Shown one piece after another: positions 37,891 to 47,192 of a stretch of DNA of 64,000 nt. This stretch comes from a virus. How positions within the stretch are numbered: position 1 is the first letter of the stretch; each line of letters starts with the position of its first letter. The stretch spans positions 7,314-71,313 of IMG/VR virus record IMGVR_UViG_3300015195_000005. One strand, 5' to 3'. The position numbers were made by a program, and so were the translations under genes. The notes beneath the pieces are model-generated. The model searched no databases and was not told the DNA's origin. It saw only the letters and a list, made by a program, of their open reading frames with translations.

Positions 37891-38057
37891 GCAGGCCCAT
37901 CTGTTCAGGCAGCTATAGCAGAGTTATACGAGTCTCAAGGGACGACCCCATGAAAGCCATCTGCCCTGTGTGCCATAGGATCAAACGTATAGTTCCCGAT
38001 GGCATCCGCATGTCTGGTAGATACATCTTTGCCAGTCACTATCCGGTCAAACCATGA
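37887..38057 (+). CDS. Small zinc-binding protein (56 aa)
   Basis: Own translation MSRPICSGS...ICPVC...SH; ATGA overlaps at both ends. Confidence 0.55.
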   Translation: MSRPICSGSYSRVIRVSRDDPMKAICPVCHRIKRIVPDGIRMSGRYIFASHYPVKP

Positions 38058-38497
38058 GAAAACCGAAACGTGACCCCAAGGTGTTCGTACTGGCCACAGG
38101 CTCTAGGGATTTTACTGACGATTATATCGTGGGTATCTTCATCCACGGTATGCGGCTCTACCACGGGCTAGGGCTTGAGTTGTACCACGGAGCCGCTAAA
38201 GGGGCCGATACAATGGCCGCTGAAGCTACCAAAGTTACTAACGGCTGGATCACAAACCCATTCCCCGCAGACTGGGCTAAAGATGGCAAGGCTGCTGGCC
38301 CTATCCGCAACAAGAGGATGCTAGAAGCCATGCTGAAGGCCGCTGACCATCCTGATGACATCTGCATGTGCATCGCTTTTAAGGACGATCTAGGGGCTCA
38401 GAGACACCCTGACGGACACACTAAGGGTGGTACTGAACACATGATCCGTCTGTGCCAAGAGGCAGATGTACCTGTGTACCACTTGGAATGCCTATAA
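38054..38497 (+). CDS. SLOG family protein (DUF2493/YspA-like)
   Basis: TGSR, HGAAKGAD, ADW...G.AAGPIRN..M, GT.HM. Confidence 0.88.
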   Translation: MRKPKRDPKVFVLATGSRDFTDDYIVGIFIHGMRLYHGLGLELYHGAAKGADTMAAEATKVTNGWITNPFPADWAKDGKAAGPIRNKRMLEAMLKAADHPDDICMCIAFKDDLGAQRHPDGHTKGGTEHMIRLCQEADVPVYHLECL

Positions 38498-38538
38498 CTT
38501 ATGATACACTGAGGACTGTGACAACCGAAAGAGATACC

Positions 38539-38778
38539 ATGACGACCCCGACGATGATCTATGAGACACCAGATGGTGAGATATACGAGGCCGTCACTTA
38601 CGATGGCATCGTGGAGCAAATGGCCCAAGGGAAGATGACTGAACCCCGATCTATGGCCAGTTACCGCAAGGCTACGGCTAAGCGCATCAAGCGACTGCTG
38701 GATCTGGACATAGACCCCACGAATTCCGAAACTTTCGTACTGGGCATGATAGCCGCAGACTTGCTAAGAAGAATATGA
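38539..38778 (+). CDS. Hypothetical protein
   Basis: RBS GAAAGAG upstream of ATG 38539. Confidence 0.55.
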   Translation: MTTPTMIYETPDGEIYEAVTYDGIVEQMAQGKMTEPRSMASYRKATAKRIKRLLDLDIDPTNSETFVLGMIAADLLRRI

Positions 38779-38921
38779 TGGCTGAGCACAAGTGCGCTAC
38801 AGATGGATGTGAAGATCCTGTAACTGTCATTGACCATGAGTATGAGGAATATTGGTGCCAAGAACACTGGGACGCCTTCAGTCCCGAGGAACAGGGTGTC
38901 AATTGGGATTTTATCTCCTAA
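38775..38921 (+). CDS. Small Cys/His protein (48 aa)
   Basis: Own translation MMAEHKCATDGC...WCQEHW; ATGA overlap. Confidence 0.45.
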   Translation: MMAEHKCATDGCEDPVTVIDHEYEEYWCQEHWDAFSPEEQGVNWDFIS

Positions 38922-38974
38922 CAGGGTGATCTTGTATCGTATATGCTGTATACTATGAGTATGGGAACGAACTG

Positions 38975-41900
38975 ATGGGGCTGAAGCTCACGCTGTCAAA
39001 GACTGGGGATGCCAGGCCAAAGCATCTGGTGGTCGTAGTACCTACCGCCGAGCACTACGAAGTCATGCGTTTGCTGGAGGCCGAAGTTACCGGGGGCAAG
39101 CGTATCGAGCGTAACTTCCTGCGCCAGACCAATCAAGTCCAGTTGAGATTCAATATCTCCTACCTTGAGAAGCTGATGCTGTGCGTACCCTTCGCTACTT
39201 TGAGCGAGGGCGTAGAGAAAATGTTGCTGAAAACCGAAAAAGCACGGCTGGCAGCTATGCCCGTACCAGAGTTGGACATCCCCGGCATGGTCAACCGTGA
39301 GCTATGGGACTTTCAAAAGATCATGGTACAAAAACTGGCAAACGAGGAAGTAGAGCTAAACAACGATGAAATGGGCTTGGGTAAAGGGGTTGTCTATGGT
39401 ACCCCCTTACTTACTCCTAACGGGTGGCGTAAGATTGAGTATATCCACACCGGGGACAAGGTTATCGGTAGCGACGGTAAGCCTACTATCGTAGTTGGAG
39501 TCTATCCTCAGCCTGCACAACCGGTCTACCGGGTAACGTTCTCGGACGGTGCTTGGGTCCGCACCGATGCAGCCCATTTATGGCAAGTATCAGACGCTAA
39601 TGGGCGCTCCTGCATCCTATCTACCGGCCAGATGCACCAAGCGGTAGACACCTACATCTATGGCAAAATGCCCAATGGCGGCTCCCGGACCTACCGTGCC
39701 AACGCCGGTATCCGACTAGCCAACGGTGATCGCAAATGGCGCGTCCCCCTGGTCGAGCCAGTCCACTTCAATCCAACAAATCTCCCTATAAAACCTTATG
39801 TGCTGGGCGTAATCTTGGGTGATGGCGCTATTTCCACCAAAGGTTACGTATCTGTGAGCAAACCTCTGGACACAACCGCTCTAATCCAGCTACTAGAGCA
39901 ACAGGGAGCTAAAATTCCCGGAATCGGTAGCCAAGGGCAGTTTTCTATCTCAGAAGTTAGTACCGAGCTATGCGCAATGAGACTGAACGGCAAGCGGTCC
40001 TGGGAAAAGTTTGTACCCAGGGGATATCTACAAGGTATTCCTGCTGACCGCCTGGCGTTGCTTCAGGGCCTTATGGATACTGACGGTTACGCCATGCCCG
40101 ATGGAGGCGCTGAGTTTTCGTCTACCTCCTACCGCTTGATTACCGCTGTAATTAGCTTAACCCAATCCCTAGGGGGCGTAGCCAAGTGTGACCGCAACGG
40201 CCGATACACTAAGTATCCATACAACGGAGAGATGAGAACGGGCCGCAAGTCGTGGCGGGTTAACATCAAGCTACCATCCCCCTACAACCCCTTCAGACTG
40301 CCCCGCAAGGCCACTCAGTATGTCGTGCCAACCAAGTACCAACCAACTCGATTGATCGACTCTATCGAGCCTGATGGGGTTGCAAAAACTATTTGCATCA
40401 AGGTAAGTGCTCCTGACGAACTTTATGTCACTCGCAACTACATCGTCACCCATAATACTACCGCTATCTTGGCTACCCTGTCTCTGAAGCAGTGGTTCCC
40501 CTGCCTTGTGGTTGTTGGGTCTGTTGCAGGGAAATGGGTCTGGGAGCGTGAGGCTGCCTTAGCTTTCCCTGAGCTTACGGTACAGGTAGTGGACGGGACC
40601 AGTATCCAACGCCGCAAGCAGATCAAAAGTGGAGCCGACATTGTTATCGTCAATGCTCAGGCACTCAGAGTCAAACGTTGGATCGACAAGGATACCCACA
40701 CGATCCAAGAAGAGGTTATGAACCCCGATCTTTTCAAGATCGACTGGGAGTGCCTGGTTGTGGACGAGTATCACAAGTTCAAGAACCCATCCGCTCAGCA
40801 AACCGTTGGCTTTCTGAAAATGGGCTGTGGGCACTTCATCGGAGCTTCAGGGCCTCAACCGCTTACAGCCAAGGTGCTAACTCCTAGCGGGTGGAAGTCA
40901 ATGGGTGACATGACCCCTGGTACTGACATCATCGGTCAAGATGGGAAAACCTATCAGGTCACTGGATTCTTTCCCAAGGGCCAACAAGAGGTCTTTGAGG
41001 TTACCTCGTCGGATTATGGAGTTACGCACGCTACTGCCAATCACCTTTGGTCTGTAAACAGCCCTGGCAGGATGCAAAGCAAACTACCGTACCGCCTTAT
41101 GACTACACAACAGATCATCGACCGAGGGCTTCAGGTATGTCATAACTGGATTCACTTCCTGCCTATCCCCCAACCCGTTGAGCTATCTGACAGCGGGTAT
41201 CAACCTATTCCGCCCTACATTCTAGGGTTACTCTTAGGCGATGGAACATTCAGAAACGGTATAACAGCTATAGCCAACAATGACCAAGAAATTCTAGATT
41301 ATGTCGCCAAACGACTTCCCAAATCAGTTCACTTGACCGACAAGGGGCACTCTAGTTGGAACATTTCTTTGCGCGACAATCAACTACGAGGGAAAACTAA
41401 TCCAGTCACAAGGGGGGTTCGCAAACTTGGACTAGCTGAAGTAGAAGGACGGTACAAATTCATTCCTATCGCATACAAGACAGGTTCCATCGAAACTAGA
41501 TTGGCAATCTTGCAAGGTTTGTTAGATGCTGATGGCCACATCACACATAAAAACGCCATTGAATTTACGTCTATCTCTAAACAACTCGCTGAGGATGTTG
41601 TGTTTTTAGCTCGTTCATTGGGCGGCACCGCTTCAATGTGTAAGTCAACTTACGAAGGCCAGTTTGGCAGAGAAAATAATCATCCTCGTTATAGAGTTGT
41701 GCTAGCAATCGCTCCTGGCCTAGTTCCATTTAAGTGTTCTAAGAAGGTAAACAGGTGGACTCCCCAACAACCTCGCACCCGCTCCTTGGTGAGAAAAATA
41801 AAGTCCATCACAAGTGTAGGAGTGCAAGATGTGGCTTGTATCTCTACCAACATCCCTGACCAACTTTACATAACTGACGATTTCATCGTCACGCACAACA

Positions 41901-42829
41901 CCCCGATCATGAACCGGCCCGAAGAGGCTTGGAGCTTCATGCACAAGGTAGACCCTGAGCTATATCCCACTTACTACAACTTTGAGAGCAAGATAGCTGT
42001 TACCAACAAGGCTGGTCATATTGTAGGATACAACCCCTCTGAAATGCTTAAGCTGAAGAATTGGCTCAATACCCACTCGCTTAGACGGCGCAAGGAGCAT
42101 GTACGGGATGATCTACCTGAAGTTATCCGCTCAGATCAACTTGTACCTCTTACCCCTGAACAGAGGCGGCTCTACAACCAGATCAAGAATGAGATGATCC
42201 TGGCTATGGACGATGGCGAGCTTAAGGACATAACCCAAGTACGGGTACAGATCATGAGGCTCAAGCAAGCTTGCTTCTCTCCCGAGTTGTACGGTGGTAG
42301 TCCCCATAGCGGCAAGATAGATCAGATCAAGCAGGACGTAGCTGACCTTGTGGCATCCGGCGAGAAGGCCATCATCTTCTCTGAGTGGGCACGGGCCGCA
42401 CGTATCTTGGAGAGGGAGCTTGCCGAGTACAACCCCGCTTACGTGGACGGCAGCGTGCCTGGCAAGAACCGTCAGGCTCAGGTAGACCGCTTTAATTCAG
42501 ATCCCGACTGCCACTTATACATAGGGACCATCAAGGCTAACCAGGAAGCTATAACGCTATCTGCGGCCACATACGTTCTCTTCGCAGACGAGGATTGGAC
42601 TCCAGCGGCTAACGCTCAGGCTGAGGCCCGTAGCGCATCTGGCGGTATGCGAGGTATCAACGTGACGGGCTCTATCAACATTATCCGCTATCAGGCTGAA
42701 GATACCGTGGAACAGAGACTTAGCGAACGTCTGTACCGCAAGCAGAAGACATTTAACGCGATGGTAGAACGGGATGCAGGATCAAGTCTCAAGAAAATGA
42801 GCATTCGTAGACTTAGGGATCTACTTTAA
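38975..42829 (+). CDS. SNF2-family helicase/translocase with two inteins
   Basis: DEMGLGK|T, VVDEYH, SG|TP, LRRRKE.V, SGKI, IIFS, QAEAR. Confidence 0.92.
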   Translation: MGLKLTLSKTGDARPKHLVVVVPTAEHYEVMRLLEAEVTGGKRIERNFLRQTNQVQLRFNISYLEKLMLCVPFATLSEGVEKMLLKTEKARLAAMPVPELDIPGMVNRELWDFQKIMVQKLANEEVELNNDEMGLGKGVVYGTPLLTPNGWRKIEYIHTGDKVIGSDGKPTIVVGVYPQPAQPVYRVTFSDGAWVRTDAAHLWQVSDANGRSCILSTGQMHQAVDTYIYGKMPNGGSRTYRANAGIRLANGDRKWRVPLVEPVHFNPTNLPIKPYVLGVILGDGAISTKGYVSVSKPLDTTALIQLLEQQGAKIPGIGSQGQFSISEVSTELCAMRLNGKRSWEKFVPRGYLQGIPADRLALLQGLMDTDGYAMPDGGAEFSSTSYRLITAVISLTQSLGGVAKCDRNGRYTKYPYNGEMRTGRKSWRVNIKLPSPYNPFRLPRKATQYVVPTKYQPTRLIDSIEPDGVAKTICIKVSAPDELYVTRNYIVTHNTTAILATLSLKQWFPCLVVVGSVAGKWVWEREAALAFPELTVQVVDGTSIQRRKQIKSGADIVIVNAQALRVKRWIDKDTHTIQEEVMNPDLFKIDWECLVVDEYHKFKNPSAQQTVGFLKMGCGHFIGASGPQPLTAKVLTPSGWKSMGDMTPGTDIIGQDGKTYQVTGFFPKGQQEVFEVTSSDYGVTHATANHLWSVNSPGRMQSKLPYRLMTTQQIIDRGLQVCHNWIHFLPIPQPVELSDSGYQPIPPYILGLLLGDGTFRNGITAIANNDQEILDYVAKRLPKSVHLTDKGHSSWNISLRDNQLRGKTNPVTRGVRKLGLAEVEGRYKFIPIAYKTGSIETRLAILQGLLDADGHITHKNAIEFTSISKQLAEDVVFLARSLGGTASMCKSTYEGQFGRENNHPRYRVVLAIAPGLVPFKCSKKVNRWTPQQPRTRSLVRKIKSITSVGVQDVACISTNIPDQLYITDDFIVTHNTPIMNRPEEAWSFMHKVDPELYPTYYNFESKIAVTNKAGHIVGYNPSEMLKLKNWLNTHSLRRRKEHVRDDLPEVIRSDQLVPLTPEQRRLYNQIKNEMILAMDDGELKDITQVRVQIMRLKQACFSPELYGGSPHSGKIDQIKQDVADLVASGEKAIIFSEWARAARILERELAEYNPAYVDGSVPGKNRQAQVDRFNSDPDCHLYIGTIKANQEAITLSAATYVLFADEDWTPAANAQAEARSASGGMRGINVTGSINIIRYQAEDTVEQRLSERLYRKQKTFNAMVERDAGSSLKKMSIRRLRDLL
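39386..40456 (+). mobile_element. Intein SNF2-1 (357 aa, class-3 type, Gly1, LAGLIDADG)
   Basis: GLGK|GVVYGTPLLTPNGW ... AHLW ... TICIKV ... VTHN|T; LQGLMDTDG. Confidence 0.9.
40853..41899 (+). mobile_element. Intein SNF2-2 (349 aa, class-3 type, Pro1, LAGLIDADG)
   Basis: ASG|PQPLTAKVLTPSGW ... TANHLW ... VACIST ... VTHN|T; LQGLLDADG. Confidence 0.9.
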
Positions 42830-43081
42830 ATGTCAACTGAAACCACCCGACCATATTGGTACGAAGTAGCCGAGGGCGGTATTTACTGTCAATGGTGCAG
42901 AGCCAAAATGCTAGAGGAATGGAGCCCCCATGCCGTTGCCCAAAAGGGTGGTACCGAAGACGAGATGGCTCGACCTTCAGATTTCAGACCGCTAGGCCGT
43001 ACACCTTGGGCCGGTAATTCAGTAGGCGAGCGGTACATGCAGTGTGACAATTGTAACGGACAGTGGGGACCAGATGCCTAA
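42830..43081 (+). CDS. Small zinc-binding protein
   Basis: CQWC...CDNC. Confidence 0.6.
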   Translation: MSTETTRPYWYEVAEGGIYCQWCRAKMLEEWSPHAVAQKGGTEDEMARPSDFRPLGRTPWAGNSVGERYMQCDNCNGQWGPDA

Positions 43082-43158
43082 GATCACATACAAGTTAGAA
43101 AACTTCTCAAAGCTACCGGCGCCCGGTGGGATGAGGTAACGCAACTACTACAGGCCAG

Positions 43159-43713
43159 TTAACACCCGTCGTAGGCCACCCAAGGGGACCAACCAGACCG
43201 TGCGTAAGCGTTCAAGGCCACTCGCCATTGCTCTGCCACAGATGCCTGCCAGGCATTGCCGGTACCACCGTAAGCTCGCCAAGATGAGGGCAAAAACTGA
43301 AACAATCCACCGGCCATAGATGACCGATTGATAGCCCCCGGATTGCCCCCGCTCTCCCTAGAGATGATGCAGGCCCACTTGCCACCTACCCCGGCCACAC
43401 CTGCCTTGACAGCAGCAACTACGTGTGTAGCCGCTCGTAGAGCCCGGTGGGGCACTGAGACTGCTATATGGCGGGGAACGACTGCTAGAACCTTTTTAGC
43501 AGGAGAGGGAGCCACAGTAGACGGGACAGTAGAGGCGATCAGGAGCCCAGGATGAGGAGGCTCAGACTTGACGATGGGCTCAGAAACCGAAACTATGGGA
43601 GCAACAGCGGTCGGCTTGGAGACAGGAGCGGCATCACTGACGACCCCCGCAAAAGTAGCAATAGCAATCAGGATGAACACAAGGGCGACGACAATTAGGA
43701 GTCTCTTGACCAT
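43159..43713 (-). CDS. Rpf-like lytic transglycosylase with N-terminal membrane anchor
   Basis: WACIISRESGGN...AGGLFQF..SSW...A...EQ...A...SGW.PW; hydrophobic N-terminus and Pro/Ala linker. Confidence 0.85.
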   Translation of the reverse strand: MVKRLLIVVALVFILIAIATFAGVVSDAAPVSKPTAVAPIVSVSEPIVKSEPPHPGLLIASTVPSTVAPSPAKKVLAVVPRHIAVSVPHRALRAATHVVAAVKAGVAGVGGKWACIISRESGGNPGAINRSSMAGGLFQFLPSSWRAYGGTGNAWQASVAEQWRVALNAYARSGWSPWVAYDGC

Positions 43714-43794
43714 GAGGGGGTTTTTTACCGATAGAGCCATATTAAGAGGTTCGATGTCCCCAAGAAGAACTTGAGAGAATTCTTCCCCACCTAC

Positions 43795-43823
43795 TTGCAT
43801 AACTTATGAAAGAGTGATACGAT
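43795..43823 (+). promoter_or_regulatory. Promoter with ATAACTTAT palindrome
   Basis: TTGCAT-17-TACGAT. Confidence 0.7.
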
Positions 43824-43958
43824 GAGTCCTATGGACAAGAACCTAACCAGTCCCCTTGGGGCTATCCGAGAGAACGCTGTACCATGCCGTGTCTGCTTGA
43901 AAACAACAACATGGAACTTCTCGGCGGTCTGTGACAACTGCTTGACAAAGGAATCTAA

Positions 43959-44354
43959 ATGACCGTTAAACCCGCCAAGCTGTCAGATGCAAAACTGGCC
44001 GACTTGGGCCGAGAGCGTGAGCAGATCAAGAAGGACATGGGAGACATGGCTCTCAAGATGTCCACTATTGACGACAAGATCATCGCTGAGTTGGAAACCC
44101 GTGGCACAGATGTTATTGAAAACAGCGGCATCCGAGTTACCAGGGTCCAGCAGATGATAACCACTTACGATTGGCTTGGGCTCCGCAAGAAGTTGAAGCC
44201 TGCCATCCGCAAGTTGTGTGTCAAAGAGGTACTTGACACCAAGGGGCTTAGCGCATGTGTCCAGCAGGGACTCGTCCCTGTCGAGCTAGTAGCCCGTTAC
44301 TCTGAGCAGAAGCCCAAGAAGGCTTATGTCTCAGTTACTGAGATCCCTAGTTGA
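43959..44354 (+). CDS. Hypothetical protein (coiled coil plus beta region)
   Basis: 131 aa with RBS AAGGA. Confidence 0.65.
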   Translation: MTVKPAKLSDAKLADLGREREQIKKDMGDMALKMSTIDDKIIAELETRGTDVIENSGIRVTRVQQMITTYDWLGLRKKLKPAIRKLCVKEVLDTKGLSACVQQGLVPVELVARYSEQKPKKAYVSVTEIPS

Positions 44355-44384
44355 TCCTAAAGTTATGAAAGGCTATGACTATAA

Positions 44385-44648
44385 ATGACCTTGCGAAAAA
44401 TTGGGGCCAAAAACGTGGACGAGAAGCTGGTGTCTATGGGTGAAATAGCTAAGTACTGCAACGTATCATCTTGGACAGTCAACCAGTGGCGAGTTACCGG
44501 CAAGATCCCTGCCCCTGTGGTTGACGAGTACGGTAACAGGCTTTGGACGGTATCTCAGGCCCGACAGATCATGCAATGGTGGGCAACAAGAGCTACCCCG
44601 AGACATCTACTCCTACTAGGAAAGAAGAGAAAACCCGATGGACTTTAA
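44385..44648 (+). CDS. MerR/excisionase-like winged HTH protein
   Basis: SMGEIAKYCNVSSWTVNQWRVTGKIPAP...G.RLW. Confidence 0.8.
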   Translation: MTLRKIGAKNVDEKLVSMGEIAKYCNVSSWTVNQWRVTGKIPAPVVDEYGNRLWTVSQARQIMQWWATRATPRHLLLLGKKRKPDGL

Positions 44649-44808
44649 CGAGATACTGGCAAGTATAGACCCCACAGGTACGTGGGGAACAGACGGATTT
44701 GGCATAGATAGCTGCCTGGAGCATTGCGGGGAGCTAATTGAGCAGGACTGCCCCAAATGTTGTATCTGCGGGGCACCTAACCCACTCATGGCCGCAGGGC
44801 TCATCTGA
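44635..44808 (+). CDS. Small Cys-rich protein (57 aa)
   Basis: Own translation MDFNEILASID...CLEHCG...CPKCCICG; TGATG coupling to the next gene. Confidence 0.5.
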   Translation, partial: PMDFNEILASIDPTGTWGTDGFGIDSCLEHCGELIEQDCPKCCICGAPNPLMAAGLI

Positions 44809-45047
44809 TGGACAATGACTCTGATTGGGCCACAGTAGAAATAGGGGATACCGTAACCCTAAAGCCCGCTGATTGGGCATCTAGGGAACAAGCACCTGTC
44901 ATTAGCGGGGAAGTGCGAGGGGTAACCCGTCTGCTGGACAGCAACGATAACTTGCAGTATCAACTACTTATCAAGCAACCCAACGGTATACAAACTTACG
45001 GTACTCCCCTGTGGTCACTAACTGGAGCGGACAGAGACAGTGCTTAG
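44808..45047 (+). CDS. Hypothetical protein (SH3-like)
   Basis: EIGDTVTL...GEVRG. Confidence 0.55.
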   Translation: MDNDSDWATVEIGDTVTLKPADWASREQAPVISGEVRGVTRLLDSNDNLQYQLLIKQPNGIQTYGTPLWSLTGADRDSA

Positions 45048-45255
45048 CAAGAAACCGAAACTCCACTGGGTATCGTGGACATGGAACATCTATGTATTCA
45101 ACAAGTGGATAGAAGCCAACCCTGCCAAAGAAGTTGCGGTACTGCCGTTATCACCCTTCACCGTCCCTCTTATTGGCCCAATCCTTAAACGGCTCAACTT
45201 GGGCAGCAACTATTCCATCCTGATCGTCCGAAGCAGAAAGCGTACCGATGCCTAG
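45040..45255 (+). CDS. Hypothetical protein
   Basis: Overlapping operon ORF. Confidence 0.45.
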   Translation: MLSKKPKLHWVSWTWNIYVFNKWIEANPAKEVAVLPLSPFTVPLIGPILKRLNLGSNYSILIVRSRKRTDA

Positions 45256-45538
45256 CTCAACCGAGAGACTGATAGCGGCCCTACATGCCGCTGCACAGGC
45301 CGATCCAGAGGATGCGATAATTAAGGTCAGTGAGTATGTGACCCTCAAAATTGGGATACCCAACACTTACTCGTCTGCTGAGATCAACTTTGGTCACAGT
45401 AGATCATGCCGTAACGATCCTGAGCAGATAGCCCTTACCAGTACCCTTGTGCATGACTTTAACGCCGATGTTGCCCAACGTCAGGCCGAGGAATACATAA
45501 CTATACTACAGTCACTCATTGAGAGCGTTACGCCGTGA
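45248..45538 (+). CDS. Hypothetical protein
   Basis: Overlapping operon ORF. Confidence 0.55.
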   Translation: MPSSTERLIAALHAAAQADPEDAIIKVSEYVTLKIGIPNTYSSAEINFGHSRSCRNDPEQIALTSTLVHDFNADVAQRQAEEYITILQSLIESVTP

Positions 45539-45837
45539 GTGATCCACGCTCAACAAAACTACAACACTTACAGGCCGTTGAGAGCAAGATAGTAGTTCTG
45601 GCCGAGAAGGTTGGGCAAGTATCCTGTGATCTTGAGGAACTGGCCCTGTATGTAGGCCAGATGATAGTCAGAGAGCGCGCTCAAACACCACCAGAAACCG
45701 AAAGTTTATATGTACAAGCAGGATGGTGGAGCCCATATGTCAGAGATGGCAGAGTTCACGATCATTCAAGCATCGTTAGCCGCACAACTTATCATCGTGA
45801 TTGTAAGCCTGTGTATACGAAACAAGATAAGCCATGA
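45535..45837 (+). CDS. Hypothetical protein
   Basis: GTGA and ATGA overlaps at its ends. Confidence 0.55.
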   Translation: MSDPRSTKLQHLQAVESKIVVLAEKVGQVSCDLEELALYVGQMIVRERAQTPPETESLYVQAGWWSPYVRDGRVHDHSSIVSRTTYHRDCKPVYTKQDKP

Positions 45838-45971
45838 CCCGTACCGAGGCTATTGCTAAGGCCATCTATCATCTTGAGCGAGCAGAGACACTAGGTAAGG
45901 ATTGGCGTCTATCAGAAATAAAGATAGCCAAGACATACCTAGACTTGGCAACCCTGCTGCCGCCAGACTGA
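45834..45971 (+). CDS. Small hypothetical protein (45 aa)
   Basis: Own translation MTRTEAIAKAIYHLERAE...; coupled at both ends (ATGA, TGATG). Confidence 0.55.
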   Translation: MTRTEAIAKAIYHLERAETLGKDWRLSEIKIAKTYLDLATLLPPD

Positions 45972-46819
45972 TGACCTTCCCTGTAGGTACCCCGATCGCG
46001 TTCTACCCTCGCAAGGGGTCTACCAGGCAGGGTGTAGTATGTTATGATTTCTCTCCACAACGCAATAAGACTCTGATACGCTTAGTTTCAGATCCACTAG
46101 ATGTTTATGTCCGTACTGACCAACTCAAGAAAGTAGAAGCCACCGTGCCCACCGCTACCATCGAGGCGCCCGTTTCGGAAAATGGGGCCAAGCCCAAACG
46201 GACCAGGCGTACCGCTAAGCCTGATGTCATTGACCTGACCGACTCCGCTCCTGTCAAACGTGGACCGGGAAGGCCCAGGAAGGATGGCAGCGCCCCTCAG
46301 AAGGCCACTACAGCCCGTAAGCGGGTAGCCAAAGCTCCTGTTGCGGAAGCACCTGTTGTGGTCAAGCGAGGGCCAGGGCGTCCCAGAAAGGATGGTAGTC
46401 CCCCGGTACCTAGTGCTCCTAAGCGTGGAGACAAGGCTAAGGCCGCTCGTAAGGTCATAGAGGCCAAGGACAGGGCTATCGTCAAAGCTCGTGCAAAGGC
46501 TGCTGTCCCCAAGATCACAGTCAACGGAGATACCAGGGCTACTGACAACCCATTCAGGATTGGGTGTAACAGCTATATCTACACAGAGATGCTGAAGCAG
46601 GGTGGTAAGCGGTCGGCACTTATCCGTAGGATCAAGTCTAAGGTGCAACTACATCCCTGGACTAAATCAGAAGCCGACATAGATGTAGACTACGAGATAG
46701 ACCAACGGCTCATCCTTGTTGCCAACAAGCTGTCTAACTTGGGATGGAAGGTTGAGAAGGGTGGCCGTGGCAGGGAAAGTACCATCAAGGTGTACCCGCC
46801 AAGTAGGAGAAAAGCATGA
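45971..46819 (+). CDS. Basic AT-hook DNA-binding protein (nucleoid-associated/histone-like)
   Basis: Two VKRGPGRPRKDGS motifs in a K/R/A/P-rich linker between an SH3-like N-terminus and a wHTH-like C-terminus. Confidence 0.7.
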   Translation: MTFPVGTPIAFYPRKGSTRQGVVCYDFSPQRNKTLIRLVSDPLDVYVRTDQLKKVEATVPTATIEAPVSENGAKPKRTRRTAKPDVIDLTDSAPVKRGPGRPRKDGSAPQKATTARKRVAKAPVAEAPVVVKRGPGRPRKDGSPPVPSAPKRGDKAKAARKVIEAKDRAIVKARAKAAVPKITVNGDTRATDNPFRIGCNSYIYTEMLKQGGKRSALIRRIKSKVQLHPWTKSEADIDVDYEIDQRLILVANKLSNLGWKVEKGGRGRESTIKVYPPSRRKA

Positions 46820-46982
46820 CTTACGAGACTAGGTAACACGACTACTTATATATTGATAATGTGCAGGTTTAAGATGTGCAGTAGCAGTTAGTAACACCCG
46901 ATACTGACCTGGGATGTGCCAGCTAGCCTTTTATGCTAGCGGCATCATCCAGAACCAACCCGCTGTCTAGTTGTCGGGGGGT

Positions 46983-47080
46983 TGGGGCTCATCGGTGGGT
47001 TCCGCAAATGGCCAGATAACGGAATCCGAGTACCTGCGTAACTCAAACCCACCAAGATAGAGCGGAGAGGGTCAGCCCCA
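46983..47080 (+). ncRNA. Candidate structured RNA with alternative pairings
   Basis: TGGGGCT/AGCCCCA outer stem; GGTGGGTT/AACCCACC competes with GGGTTCCG/CGGAATCC. Confidence 0.35.
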
Positions 47081-47192
47081 GTAGATAGGAGGGTTGGCCC
47101 TCTCTTTACATCTATCTGAGGATAGATACGGCTTGCTTTCCGAAACCATGCTATGTATTCTGTTACCTATGGTAGCGATGGGGAGCACAGAA

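Noticed and set aside
44385-44648. Excisionase implying a temperate integration module
   Set aside because: No integrase, attP-like core or repressor/antirepressor pair is seen in the window; MerR-like wHTH genes are common in lytic actinophages.
46983-47083. tmRNA/tRNA-like ends (GGGGCT...TCAGCCCCA)
   Set aside because: No T-loop (TTCRA), no G3-U70 pair, no CCA and no tag ORF; kept only as a generic structured RNA.
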